DNA from: Pseudolysinimonas sp.
GTDB taxonomy: Bacteria; Actinomycetota; Actinomycetes; Actinomycetales; Microbacteriaceae
NCBI GenBank assembly: GCA_041984585.1
Contig: JBHIXX010000007.1
Coordinates: 1,623 to 65,622, forward strand
Length of the DNA: 64,000 nucleotides
Direction of reading: 5' to 3'
A program made the translations under genes and the position numbers. The notes under the pieces were generated by a model that was not told the DNA's origin, did not search any database, and saw only the letters and a list, made by a program, of their open reading frames with translations. This document shows, one piece after another, positions 9,422 to 20,722 of this stretch. Numbering within the stretch: the stretch's first letter is position 1; each line of letters opens with the position of its first letter.

Positions 9422-10552
9422 TCAGAGCACCTCGGTGCGGCCGCTGAGCTTGAGGGCGTCGACCACGGCCTTGACGCGCTGCGCGTTGGCGCTGGTGGTG
9501 ACCAGCAGAGCGTCCGGGGTGTCCACCACGACGACGTCGTGCACGCCGATCAGCGAGATGACCCGCTCGGTCTGCGAGATCACGACCCCGCTCGACGAGT
9601 CGGCCAGCACACGGGCGTTCTCGCCGAGGATGGCGAGGTTCGCGGCGCCGCCGCCGTGCAGCTTCGCGATCGCCGCGAAGTCGCCCACGTCGTCCCAGTC
9701 GAACGCGCCCGGCACGACGGCGAGGCGCCCGGCCGCCGCCGCGGGCTCGGCCACCGAGTAGTCGATCGCGATCTTGGTGAGCGCCGGCCAGATCCGGTCC
9801 ACCGCGGGGCCGCGGGTCGCCGGGTCGTCCCACGCCGCGGCGAGCTCCTCGAGCCCGGCGACGAGCTGCGGGTGGCTGCGGCGCATCTCCTCGAGCAGCA
9901 CGTCGGCGCGGGAGATGAACATGCCGCCGTTCCACAGGTAGCCGCCGTCGGCGACGTAGCGCTCGGCCGTCTCGGCGTCGGGCTTCTCGACGAAGGCGTC
10001 GACGAGCCGCGCCTGGGGCGCGCCCTCGACGGCGAGCTCGTCACCGACCCGGATGTAGCCGAAGCCGATCGCCGCCTCGGCGGGCTGGATGCCGATGGTG
10101 GCGATGTACCCGGCGTCGGCGACGGCGACGGCCTGGCGCACGGCGCGCTCGAAGCCGGCCTGGTCGGCGATCACGTGGTCCGCGGCGAACGAGCCGACGA
10201 TGACGTCGGGCTCGCGGCGGGCGAGCACGGCGGCGGCGAGCCCGATCGCCGCCGACGAGTCGCGCGGCTCGCTCTCGAGCACGACGTTGCGGTCCTCGAG
10301 CTCGGGCAGCTGCTCCTCCACCGCGGCGCGGTGCGCCCGCCCGGTGACGACCATGATGCGCTCGGGGCCGGAGAGCGGCGCGAGCCGGTCGAACGTGCCG
10401 CGCAGCAGGGTGGTGCCCGATCCGGTCAGGTCGTGCAGGAACTTCGGGGCGTCCGCACGCGACAGGGGCCAGAGCCGGGAGCCGATGCCCCCGGCCGGGA
10501 TGACGCTGTAGAACCGCTCGAGCCCGTGCTGCACGCCGACCACCCTAACCAT
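9422..10552 (-). CDS. manC: mannose-1-phosphate guanylyltransferase
   Basis: VIPAGGIGSRLWPLSR nucleotidyltransferase motif near the N-terminus. Overall length and sequence are typical of actinobacterial ManC. Start is uncertain (ATG at 10552 chosen; the ORF opens at 10606). Confidence 0.8.
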   Translation of the reverse strand: MVRVVGVQHGLERFYSVIPAGGIGSRLWPLSRADAPKFLHDLTGSGTTLLRGTFDRLAPLSGPERIMVVTGRAHRAAVEEQLPELEDRNVVLESEPRDSSAAIGLAAAVLARREPDVIVGSFAADHVIADQAGFERAVRQAVAVADAGYIATIGIQPAEAAIGFGYIRVGDELAVEGAPQARLVDAFVEKPDAETAERYVADGGYLWNGGMFISRADVLLEEMRRSHPQLVAGLEELAAAWDDPATRGPAVDRIWPALTKIAIDYSVAEPAAAAGRLAVVPGAFDWDDVGDFAAIAKLHGGGAANLAILGENARVLADSSSGVVISQTERVISLIGVHDVVVVDTPDALLVTTSANAQRVKAVVDALKLSGRTEVL

Positions 10553-10674
10553 CCGACCGGGGAGGGGGTCCTCCGTTTCTTCACCGACCGTGCACCCGGC
10601 GGACACGTCGGCGTCGCCGGGCCCGCGCGCCCCCCGACCTACCGTGGCCGCAATCGGGAGAGATGGAGGGCGTC

Positions 10675-11817
10675 ATGCGCGTTGCCGTGGTGACCGAGAG
10701 CTTCCTGCCGACCGTCAACGGCGTGACCAACAGCGTGGTTCGCCTGCTCGAGCACCTCGCCGATCGCGGACACGACGCGATGGTCGTCGTCCCCGCCGCG
10801 GGGGCGCCCCGGCGCTACGCAGGCTTCCCGGTGCACGAGATCCCGGCGCTCGCCTACCGCCAATTCCCGGTCGGCCTGCCCAACTCGCAGGTGAGCGGGC
10901 TGCTGGCCGACTTCCGCCCCGACGTGCTGCACGTCGCCGCACCGTTCCTGCTCGGCGCCCAGGCGATCGCCGCCGCCAACCGGATGGGCGTGCCGAGCGT
11001 GGCGATCTACCAGACCGACGTCTCCGGCTACGCGCGCCGCAACCGGCTCGCCGCAGCCAGCGCCTTCGCCTGGCGGCTGGTGCGCTGGATCCACGAGGGC
11101 GCCGACCTCACCCTCGCCCCGTCGACCACCGCGATGAACGACCTGCAGGGCGCCGGCGTCAGCCACCTCGAGCGGTGGGGCCGCGGGGTCGACGTCGAGC
11201 GGTACCACCCGCGTCGGCGCGAGGGCGCGGCCGCCGCCGCCAACCGCGCCGCGTGGGCGCCCGAGGGCGAGGTGCTGCTCGGCTACATCGGCCGCATCGC
11301 CCCCGAGAAGAGCGTGGAGCGGCTCGCCGAACTGCGCGGCATCCCCGGCGCCCGCCTCGTCGTCGTCGGCGACGGCCCCTCGCTGCCGTCGGTGCGACGC
11401 GCGCTCGACGGGATGCCGGTGACCTACACCGGGTCGCTGTCGGGCGACGATCTGGCCGACGCCTACGCGAGCCTCGACGTGTTCGTGCACACCGGCACCG
11501 AGGAGACGTTCGGGCAGACGCTGCAGGAGGCGCACGCGAGCGGCCTGCCGGTCGTCGCCCCGCGCGCCGGCGGACCGATCGACCTCGTCGACACCGGGGT
11601 CGACGGATGGCTCTACGAGCCGGCGATCGACGGCAGTCTGCGCGCCGCGGTCGAGCCGCTCGTCGCCGACCCGGGACTGCGGGCCCGGATGGGCGAGGCC
11701 GGACGCCGTCGCGTGCGCGACCGTTCGTGGGACGCCGTCTTCGGCGAACTGCTCGACCACTACGGCCGCGTCATCGCGGGTCGGGTCGGGCGCAGCATCG
11801 CCACCAGCGGCGCCTGA
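10675..11817 (+). CDS. GT4-family glycosyltransferase (mannosyltransferase-like)
   Basis: MRVAVVTESFLPTVNGVTNSV N-terminus and the C-terminal EETFGQTLQEAHASGLPVVAPRAGG (E-x7-E type) motif. GGAGGG lies 4 nt upstream of the ATG at 10675. Divergent from manC. Confidence 0.8.
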   Translation: MRVAVVTESFLPTVNGVTNSVVRLLEHLADRGHDAMVVVPAAGAPRRYAGFPVHEIPALAYRQFPVGLPNSQVSGLLADFRPDVLHVAAPFLLGAQAIAAANRMGVPSVAIYQTDVSGYARRNRLAAASAFAWRLVRWIHEGADLTLAPSTTAMNDLQGAGVSHLERWGRGVDVERYHPRRREGAAAAANRAAWAPEGEVLLGYIGRIAPEKSVERLAELRGIPGARLVVVGDGPSLPSVRRALDGMPVTYTGSLSGDDLADAYASLDVFVHTGTEETFGQTLQEAHASGLPVVAPRAGGPIDLVDTGVDGWLYEPAIDGSLRAAVEPLVADPGLRARMGEAGRRRVRDRSWDAVFGELLDHYGRVIAGRVGRSIATSGA

Positions 11818-11954
11818 GCGACCGCGGCGCGCCCGCCGGGGTTAGGCCAGCCTGGGCAGCGACGCCTCCGCGGCGGGGATAGGCTGGCTGCATCCGATGA
11901 CGAGCGACCGGCGCGCCACCCGTCGACCGCACCGGAAACCCCAGGAGGAGTGTC

Positions 11955-12386
11955 GTGTCCACCCAGGTTGCGCGCTCGGGAGCTGCGGCCGCCGAGCGGA
12001 TCCGCGCCCCGAAGGCCCCAGCCGGAACCCTGTACCGAGGCCGAGAAGGCATGTGGTCGTGGGTCCTGCACCGGATCACCGGTGTCGCCATCTTCTTCTT
12101 CCTGCTGGTCCACATCCTCGACACCGCTCTGGTGCGGATCAGCCCGGAGGCCTACAACGCGGTGATCGGCGCGTACAAGACGCCGATCATGGGGCTCGGT
12201 GAGGCGGCCCTCGTCGCCGCCATCGGCCTGCACGCGCTCAACGGCCTGCGGATCATCGCGATCGACTTCTTCTCGTTCGGCACCCGCATCCAGCGCGCCA
12301 TGTTCTGGACGGTCATCGTGCTCTGGGTGCTGCTGCTGGCCGGCTTCCTGCCCCGCCACCTGATGCACGTCTTCGGAGGCGCATGA
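11955..12386 (+). CDS. sdhC: succinate dehydrogenase cytochrome b subunit
   Basis: 143-aa three-TM protein directly upstream of sdhD/A/B. GTG start preceded by AGGAGG. Confidence 0.85.
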   Translation: MSTQVARSGAAAAERIRAPKAPAGTLYRGREGMWSWVLHRITGVAIFFFLLVHILDTALVRISPEAYNAVIGAYKTPIMGLGEAALVAAIGLHALNGLRIIAIDFFSFGTRIQRAMFWTVIVLWVLLLAGFLPRHLMHVFGGA

Positions 12387-12826
12387 TGAGCACCACCATC
12401 GACGCCCCCCGCACCCCCGCCCGCCCGCGCCGCCGCGTGAACTGGGAGAAGTGGGGCTGGCTCTACATGCGCGCCTCGGGCGTGCTGCTCGTCGTGCTGA
12501 TCTTCGGCCACCTGCTGGTGAACCTGTTCCTCGGCGACGGGGTGCAGGCCATCGACTTCGCCTTCGTCGCCGGCAAGCTCGCCGACCCGTTCTGGATCGT
12601 GTGGGACCTGCTGCTGCTCTGGCTGGCCCTCATCCACGGCGCCAACGGGATGCGCACGCTGGTGAACGACTACGCCTCCGGCACGCTGCGCCGGGTGCTG
12701 CTGGTCGCGCTCGCGGCGTCGCTCGTCGTGCTCCTGGTGCTCGGCACCCTCGTGCTGACCACCTTCGACCCGTGCCCCGCGGGGTCGCCGGCCGACCTCC
12801 TGCCCGACTTCTGCTCGACGCTCTGA
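12383..12826 (+). CDS. sdhD: succinate dehydrogenase hydrophobic membrane anchor subunit
   Basis: 147-aa membrane protein. ATGA overlap with sdhC. Its position in the operon supports the call. Confidence 0.8.
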   Translation: MMSTTIDAPRTPARPRRRVNWEKWGWLYMRASGVLLVVLIFGHLLVNLFLGDGVQAIDFAFVAGKLADPFWIVWDLLLLWLALIHGANGMRTLVNDYASGTLRRVLLVALAASLVVLLVLGTLVLTTFDPCPAGSPADLLPDFCSTL

Positions 12827-12850
12827 GCACCACCAGGGACTGATCAACAC

Positions 12851-14665
12851 GTGAACAGCACCAGCACGCTCGACTTCCGCGACGGCGAGGTCATCGACGG
12901 CGTCACCTACCACCAGTACGACGTCGTGATCGTGGGCGCCGGCGGCGCCGGCATGCGCGCCGCCATCGAGGCCGCCCCCAAGGCGAGGACCGCCGTCATC
13001 ACGAAGCTCTACCCCACCCGGTCGCACACCGGCGCGGCGCAGGGCGGGATGGCGGCCGCCCTCGCCAACGTCGAAGAGGACTCCTGGGAGTGGCACACCT
13101 TCGACACCGTCAAGGGCGGCGACTACCTCGTCGACCAGGACGCGGCCGAGATCCTCGCCAAGGAGGCCATCGACGCGGTCCTCGACCTCGAGAACATGGG
13201 CCTGCCGTTCAACCGCACGCCCGAGGGTCGCATCGACCAGCGCCGGTTCGGCGGCCACACCCGCGACCACGGCAAGGCGCCGGTGCGCCGGGCCTGCTAC
13301 GCGGCGGACCGCACCGGCCACATGATCCTGCAGACGCTCTTCCAGAACTGCGTGAAGCTCGGCGTCGAGTTCTACAACGAGTACTACGCGCTCGACATCG
13401 CGATGACGACGGTCAAGGGCGTCGAGCAGCCGTCGGCGGTCGTCGCCTACGAGCTGGCGACCGGCGCGGTGCACGTCTTCCAGGCGAAGTCGATCGTCTT
13501 CGCCACGGGCGGCTTCGGCAAGATCTACAAGACCACCTCGAACGCCCACACCCTCACCGGCGACGGCGTCGGCATCATCTGGCGCAAGGGCCTGCCGCTC
13601 GAGGACATGGAGTTCTTCCAGTTCCACCCGACCGGCCTCGCGGGCCTGGGCATCCTGCTCACCGAGGGCGCCCGCGGCGAGGGCGCGATCCTGCGCAACG
13701 GATCGGGCGAGCGGTTCATGGAGCGCTACGCCCCCACCATCAAAGACCTCGCGCCGCGCGACATCGTCTCGCGCTGCATGGTGCAGGAGGTCGCGGAGGG
13801 GCGCGGCGGCGGTCCGCACAAGGACTACGTCTACCTCGACTGCACCCACCTGGGCGCCGAGGTGCTCGAGACGAAGCTCCCCGACATCACCGAGTTCGCC
13901 CGCACCTACCTCGGCGTCGACCCGGTGTACGAGCCGGTGCCGGTCATGCCGACCGCGCACTACGCGATGGGCGGCATCCCGACCAACGTCAAGGCCGAGG
14001 TGCTGCGCGACAACGACACCGTCGTGCCGGGCCTCTACGCCGCCGGCGAGTGCGCGTGCGTCTCGGTGCACGGCTCCAACCGCCTCGGCACCAACTCGCT
14101 GCTCGACATCAACGTGTTCGGCAAGCGCGCCGGCAACAACGCGGTCGAGTACGCGAAGACCGCCGACTTCGTGCCGGTGCCGAAGGATGCCGCCGCCGGC
14201 GTGCTCGAGATGGTCGAGTCGCTGCGGAACGCCAGCGGCACCGAGAACATCGCCGCCATCCGCAAGGAGCTGCAGGAGGAGATGGACCGGAACGCCCAGG
14301 TGTTCCGCACCGACGAGTCGCTCGAGAAGGTGACCCACATCATCGCCGGGCTGCGCGAGCGGTACCGCAACGTCGGCATCACCGACAAGGGGAACCGGTT
14401 CAACACCGACCTGCTCGAGGCGATCGAGCTGGGCTTCCTCCTCGACCTGGCCGAGGTCGTCGTCTACTCCGCCCGCAACCGCAAGGAGAGCCGCGGCGGC
14501 CACATGCGCGACGACTTCCCCGACCGCGACGACGCCGAGTACATGAAGCACACGATGGCGTACCTGTCGGGCGACCCGCACTCGTCGATTGCCGACGACC
14601 ACATCAAGCTCGACTGGAAGCCCGTGGTCATCACGAACTACCAGCCGATGGAGCGCAAGTACTGA
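12851..14665 (+). CDS. sdhA: succinate dehydrogenase flavoprotein subunit
   Basis: 604-aa ORF with the [17 protein letters not shown] fold, [10 protein letters not shown] (covalent FAD His) and [11 protein letters not shown] motifs. Confidence 0.95.
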   Translation: MNSTSTLDFRDGEVIDGVTYHQYDVVIVGAGGAGMRAAIEAAPKARTAVITKLYPTRSHTGAAQGGMAAALANVEEDSWEWHTFDTVKGGDYLVDQDAAEILAKEAIDAVLDLENMGLPFNRTPEGRIDQRRFGGHTRDHGKAPVRRACYAADRTGHMILQTLFQNCVKLGVEFYNEYYALDIAMTTVKGVEQPSAVVAYELATGAVHVFQAKSIVFATGGFGKIYKTTSNAHTLTGDGVGIIWRKGLPLEDMEFFQFHPTGLAGLGILLTEGARGEGAILRNGSGERFMERYAPTIKDLAPRDIVSRCMVQEVAEGRGGGPHKDYVYLDCTHLGAEVLETKLPDITEFARTYLGVDPVYEPVPVMPTAHYAMGGIPTNVKAEVLRDNDTVVPGLYAAGECACVSVHGSNRLGTNSLLDINVFGKRAGNNAVEYAKTADFVPVPKDAAAGVLEMVESLRNASGTENIAAIRKELQEEMDRNAQVFRTDESLEKVTHIIAGLRERYRNVGITDKGNRFNTDLLEAIELGFLLDLAEVVVYSARNRKESRGGHMRDDFPDRDDAEYMKHTMAYLSGDPHSSIADDHIKLDWKPVVITNYQPMERKY

Positions 14666-14708
14666 TGGGCGCCCCGCAGAGCATCGCACCGATCGAGAGG
14701 ACCTGCTG

Positions 14709-15500
14709 ATGGTGACGGCGACCGCGACCGAGACCCCCGCCGAGGAGGCGGGCCTCGCCCCGTTCACCGTGACGCTCATCGTCCGGCGGTTCGACCCGGA
14801 GACCATGGACGAGCCGGTCTGGCGCGACTACGACGTCGAGATGTACGCCACCGACCGCGTGCTCGACGCGCTGCACAAGATCAAGTGGGAGCAGGACGGC
14901 TCGCTGTCGTTCCGGCGTTCGTGCGCGCACGGCATCTGCGGATCCGATGCGATGCGCATCAACGGCCGCAACCGGCTCGCCTGCAAGACGCTGATCAAGG
15001 ATCTCGACATCAGCAAGCCGATCTACGTCGAGGCGATCAAGGGTCTTCCGCTCGAGAAGGACCTCATCGTCGACATGGAGCCGTTCTTCGAGTCGTACCG
15101 CCAGATCCAGCCGTTCCTCATCGCGAGCGACGACCCGGAGAAGGAGCGCGTGCAGTCGATCGCGCAGCGCGAGCGCTTCGACGACACCACCAAGTGCATC
15201 CTCTGCGCCGCGTGCACCTCGTCGTGCCCGGTGTTCTGGACCGACGGCCAGTACTTCGGCCCGGCGGCGATCGTCAACGCGCACCGCTTCATCTTCGACA
15301 GCCGCGACGAGGGCTCGCAGGTGCGCCTCGACATCCTCAACGACAAGGAGGGCGTGTGGCGCTGCCGCACGACCTTCAACTGTTCGGAGGCCTGCCCCCG
15401 CGGCATCGAGGTCACGAAGGCCATCGCCGAGGTGAAGCAGGCGGTCCTGCGCGGCAAGCCCGACATCCCCAAGTCGACCCTCAGTCTCACCGTCGTCTGA
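14709..15500 (+). CDS. sdhB: succinate dehydrogenase iron-sulfur subunit
   Basis: Cys clusters CAHGICGSDAM, CILCAACTSSCP and CRTTFNCSEACP. I chose the ATG at 14709, downstream of the sdhA stop. Confidence 0.95.
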   Translation: MVTATATETPAEEAGLAPFTVTLIVRRFDPETMDEPVWRDYDVEMYATDRVLDALHKIKWEQDGSLSFRRSCAHGICGSDAMRINGRNRLACKTLIKDLDISKPIYVEAIKGLPLEKDLIVDMEPFFESYRQIQPFLIASDDPEKERVQSIAQRERFDDTTKCILCAACTSSCPVFWTDGQYFGPAAIVNAHRFIFDSRDEGSQVRLDILNDKEGVWRCRTTFNCSEACPRGIEVTKAIAEVKQAVLRGKPDIPKSTLSLTVV

Positions 15501-15551
15501 CCGCCCGCCGGGGAACGACCACCAGGCACGATTCGCGCCCGGGTGGCCCCA

Positions 15552-15582
15552 GGGGTGGGCGCGACCGCGTCGTGCCCACCCC
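15552..15582 (+). terminator. stem-loop after sdhB (GGGGTGGGC-N13-GCCCACCCC)
   Basis: 9-bp perfect GC-rich stem about 50 nt after the sdhB stop. There is no U tract, which is common in actinobacteria. Confidence 0.5.
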
Positions 15583-15861
15583 GGCACGACGTCGCGCCGC
15601 AGGAGCGGCGGCGCGACAGAACGGCGCGGGAAGGCCCGACCCCGGGGGCTGGGATCCCCGGAGCCGGACCGAGTGCCCTCGGATGGGACGTCGGAGGGCG
15701 GGCCGTGACGGCCTCACTCGGGGAGACCGCGCACCGACCCGTCTATGACGCGGATTCCGTCGATTTCTCGGGAACACGCCGCGGATACCCGGGGACGCCG
15801 CGCCGACGCGCGGGCGAAGTCGACCGACGGCCCGCCCGGGTCGGCCCCGCGGTGACGGGGC

Positions 15862-17451
15862 TCAGGACAGCAGCTGGATGGTGAGGCCGTTGGTCGACGA
15901 GCCGAGCGTGAGCGGCTTGATCAGCCCCTGCACGAGCGCGTCGAGGGTGCCGAGCGTCTTGGCGAGCAGCCCGTCGATGCCGAGCAGGTCGGCGAGGTAG
16001 AGCTTGTCGACGGTCTGCACCAGCTGCAGCGAGGAGACCCCGCCGGGCACCACGGTGACGATGGTGTAGGTGCCGTTGGCACCCACCGTGGTGGTGGCGT
16101 AGACCTGGCCGGCGGCCTGCAGCGACACGTGGGCGCCGGGCGTTCCGGTGCCGCTGAGCGAGAGCTGCACGTCGGTGTTCACGACCCCGCCGCCGGCGGT
16201 ATGGCCGGGCGGCGGCGTCTCGGAGCCGCTGATCGGGCCGACGACCCCGTCGACGAGCGAGTCGACGTCGCCGACGACACCGCCGACCACGCCTCCGACG
16301 CCGTCGTCAACGATCTGCTGCACGCCGTCGGGGTCGTCCTCGGTCGCGGTCGGCTCGCCGCCGCCCTCGCCGTCGCCGGTCCCCCGGTCGGTCTCCTCGC
16401 CCCCGCCGACGGGGCCGGCATCCGCCACGACGGTGGTCGTCCCCTCGTCGTCGGCGGGCAGGGTCGGGGCGACGCCGAGCAGCACGCTGCCGCCGACGAC
16501 GGCGACGATCGCCGCGGAGCCGACGAGGGCGCCCGTGCCGGAGAGCGCACCGAGCGCGAGGCCTCCCGCCACCGGGGCGCTGACGGCGGCGCCGGTCGAG
16601 GCGATGGCCTCGACGCTGGCGGGGAGGTCGGGGATGTCGGTGAGCGCCATCGCGGGGCCGGAGTCCGAGGCGGCGGCAAGGAGGCTGCCGCCGGCGACTC
16701 CGCCGAGGATGAGCGGGAGCATGACGAGGGCGAGGCGCGAGCCGACCTCCTCGACCTCCTCCGACACGATCGTGCACGAGGCGCAGTCGGCCAGGTGCGC
16801 GGCGATGCGGGTGCGGTCCCGGGCGCCGAGCCCATCGCGCGTGTGCTCCCCGAGTCGGGTCATCGTCCAGCGGCACTCGCCGGATGCGGTGGCGTCGTTG
16901 ACGTGCGCCTGCAGCCACGCCTTGCGCAGCCCCTCCCGCGCCCGGTACGAGAGCGCGGCGACGCTGTTTGCGGTGATGCCGAGGATGGGGGCGACCTCGT
17001 GCGGGTCCATCCCCTCGACCTCGGTGTACCAGAGCACGGTCTGCCAGCGCTCCGGCAGCGACCGGAAAGCGCGCGCGGTGAGCGTGCGGTCGAGGGCCCA
17101 GGCGGCGGGATCCTCGGGGATGCGCTCGTCTTCGTATTCCTCGATCACGTCAACATTCACGTCGCGACGGGCGGCTCCCCACGTGCTCGCCAGGTTGCGG
17201 ATGGTCGTGTAGAGGTACGGCCGGAAGGCCCCGGAGGGGCCGCCGCCCGCCAGCACGCTCTTGTAGATCCGCGCGTACGCCTCGGAGACGAGGTCGTCCG
17301 CGTCGATCGACGAGGTGAACCGGCGGGCGACGCGAGCAGCCGGGAGGTAGTGACGGCGCCACAATTCGCCGAAGGCGTCGCGGTCCCCCGACCGTGCGCG
17401 TTCGATCAGCACCGCGTCCGAAGTGGTGAGCTTCGACTCCTGGCTGCCCAT
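15862..17451 (-). CDS. ECF sigma-70 factor fused to a zinc anti-sigma-like domain, TM segment(s) and an extracytoplasmic Ig-like C-terminal domain
   Basis: - Region 2: DAFGELWRRHYLPAARVARRF...YLYTTIRNL.
- Region 4: LPERWQTVLWYTEVEGMDPHEVAPILGITANSVAALSYRAREGLRKAW.
- Then HLADCASC (H-x3-C-x2-C) and the hydrophobic LALVMLPLILGGVAGGSLLAAA.
- Then a Gly/Asp-rich linker and a beta-rich tail.
- The ATG at 17451 was chosen. The upstream 550 codons of the 1079-aa ORF are Arg/Pro junk antisense to yihY and xthA. Confidence 0.8.
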   Translation of the reverse strand: MGSQESKLTTSDAVLIERARSGDRDAFGELWRRHYLPAARVARRFTSSIDADDLVSEAYARIYKSVLAGGGPSGAFRPYLYTTIRNLASTWGAARRDVNVDVIEEYEDERIPEDPAAWALDRTLTARAFRSLPERWQTVLWYTEVEGMDPHEVAPILGITANSVAALSYRAREGLRKAWLQAHVNDATASGECRWTMTRLGEHTRDGLGARDRTRIAAHLADCASCTIVSEEVEEVGSRLALVMLPLILGGVAGGSLLAAASDSGPAMALTDIPDLPASVEAIASTGAAVSAPVAGGLALGALSGTGALVGSAAIVAVVGGSVLLGVAPTLPADDEGTTTVVADAGPVGGGEETDRGTGDGEGGGEPTATEDDPDGVQQIVDDGVGGVVGGVVGDVDSLVDGVVGPISGSETPPPGHTAGGGVVNTDVQLSLSGTGTPGAHVSLQAAGQVYATTTVGANGTYTIVTVVPGGVSSLQLVQTVDKLYLADLLGIDGLLAKTLGTLDALVQGLIKPLTLGSSTNGLTIQLLS

Positions 17452-17556
17452 CCCCCTGATCCATTCCCGGGCCTCTTTCCCTTCTCGGATGGATGAGAAC
17501 CCGGAACACTCGCTGCGTTGCGTGGTCCTCACCAGGAGAGACAGCCCGTTCGGTCC

Positions 17557-17585
17557 ACTATGACGCGAAAACCTCGAATCGTCCA
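17557..17585 (-). promoter_or_regulatory. candidate housekeeping-type promoter of the sigma-fusion gene (TGGACG-N17-CATAGT)
   Basis: On the minus strand: TGGACG attcgaggttttcgcgt CATAGT. It sits in the only AT-richer stretch of the intergenic region, about 105 nt upstream of the ATG. Confidence 0.3.
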
Positions 17586-17718
17586 CCCCACGGCGAGGAA
17601 ACGTCACGTCGACTCCCCGGGCCGTTCGCGCGAGGCGCGGCGACCGAAGCCCTCGTCTGCGCGCGCCTCCCCGCGGCCCGCTCGCGACGGACGGGAGCCC
17701 GACGTAGGCTGGCGCCGG

Positions 17719-18804
17719 ATGTCCCCCCGAGCCCGCCCCGCCGCCGACCCCCGCGTCGACGCCCCCGGCGACGACGCGCCCTCGGGGCTGCCCGCGCCGC
17801 TGCAGCGCGTGGTCGACCGCGTCATGTCGTGGCGCGCGGTGCGCGTGCTGCTGCACTACTCGGCCCGCCGCGGTCCGCTGCTCGCGAGCGGCCTCGCGTA
17901 TCAGGCGCTGTTCGCGGTGTTCGCGGCGCTGTGGGTGGCGTTCGCGATCGCCGGACTGGTCGTGTCGGGCGACATGGTGCTGCAGCAGTCGCTGTTCCGC
18001 GTGCTCAACACGGCGATTCCGGGACTGATCGAGACCGACGACGCCGCCGGGGCGATCGACCCCGACCTGCTGCTGTCGGCATCCGTGTTCGGCTGGACCG
18101 GCGCGATCGCCCTCGTCGGCCTGCTGTTCACCGCGCTCGGCTGGCTGGCCGCCGTGCGCGACGGGGTGCGCGCGCTGCTCGAGCTCCCCGGCAGCCGCAC
18201 CAACCCGGTGCTGCAGAAGCTCGTCGATCTCGCCTTCGGCATCGGGCTCGGCGTCGCGCTCGTGCTCGCGGCCGCCCTGTCGTTCGCCGGAACGAGCGCT
18301 ACCAGCGCGCTGCTCGACCTGGTCGGCATCGGGTCGGACTCGGTGCCGGCGACGATCGCATCCCGCGCGGTGACGCTGCTCGTGCTGGTGGCGCTGTACG
18401 CCGCCGTGCTCACCGGGATGTACCGGGTGCTCTCGGGCGTGGGCCTGCCGCCGCGCTACCTGCGCCAGGGCGTGCTGGTCGCCGGGGTCGGGCTCGCGGG
18501 TCTGACCGTGCTGGGCACGGCGCTGCTCGGCGGTGCGGACCGCAACCCGCTGATCGCGTCGTTCGCGGTGCTCGTCGGTCTGCTCATCTACTTCAATTTC
18601 GCCTGTCAGGTGATCCTGCTGGGCGCCTCGTGGATCGCCGTGGTCACCGACGACGACGACTACGTGCTCGACGAGCGGGTGGCCGAAGAGCGGCTCGAGG
18701 CCGCCCGGCGTCTGGTCGAGGAGCACGCCCCGCCCGGGCCGAAGGCGCGGGGGCCGCTCGGCTGGATCCGGCGGCGTCTCGGGCGCGACGACGACCGCGG
18801 GTGA
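17719..18804 (+). CDS. YihY/BrkB-family membrane protein
   Basis: ASGLAYQALFAVFAALW and the C-terminal LIYFNFACQVILLGASW are typical of the YihY (RNase BN-like) membrane family. ATG at 17719. Confidence 0.8.
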   Translation: MSPRARPAADPRVDAPGDDAPSGLPAPLQRVVDRVMSWRAVRVLLHYSARRGPLLASGLAYQALFAVFAALWVAFAIAGLVVSGDMVLQQSLFRVLNTAIPGLIETDDAAGAIDPDLLLSASVFGWTGAIALVGLLFTALGWLAAVRDGVRALLELPGSRTNPVLQKLVDLAFGIGLGVALVLAAALSFAGTSATSALLDLVGIGSDSVPATIASRAVTLLVLVALYAAVLTGMYRVLSGVGLPPRYLRQGVLVAGVGLAGLTVLGTALLGGADRNPLIASFAVLVGLLIYFNFACQVILLGASWIAVVTDDDDYVLDERVAEERLEAARRLVEEHAPPGPKARGPLGWIRRRLGRDDDRG

Positions 18805-18832
18805 GGTCGGGGGCCGCGGGTAGGCTGCCCGG

Positions 18833-20691
<1,859 letters not shown>

Positions 20692-20722
20692 GCCGCGCCG
20701 ACCGCGCGGACGCGCCCGGCGG

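Noticed and set aside
10561-10585. CCTCCGTTTCTTCACC considered as a fourth copy of the hairpin repeat found around the DUF559 gene.
   Set aside because: It shares only about 12 nt and lacks the CAGGAG arm. On the minus strand it reads AAACGGAGGA, which is most simply a Shine-Dalgarno-like stretch upstream of manC.
11841-11859. TTAGGCCAGCCTGGG upstream of sdhC considered as a third IdeR/DtxR box.
   Set aside because: Only the left half-site (TTAGG) and the centre match, roughly 9 of 15 positions compared, and the right arm is missing. It is far weaker than the two boxes at 51052 and 51092.
12152-14806. An 884-aa ORF on the minus strand opposite sdhA.
   Set aside because: Its composition is extreme Arg/Ala/Gly/Val/His with no recognisable motifs. 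It lies fully antisense to an unmistakable sdhA frame. This is the usual long-ORF artefact of very GC-rich DNA.
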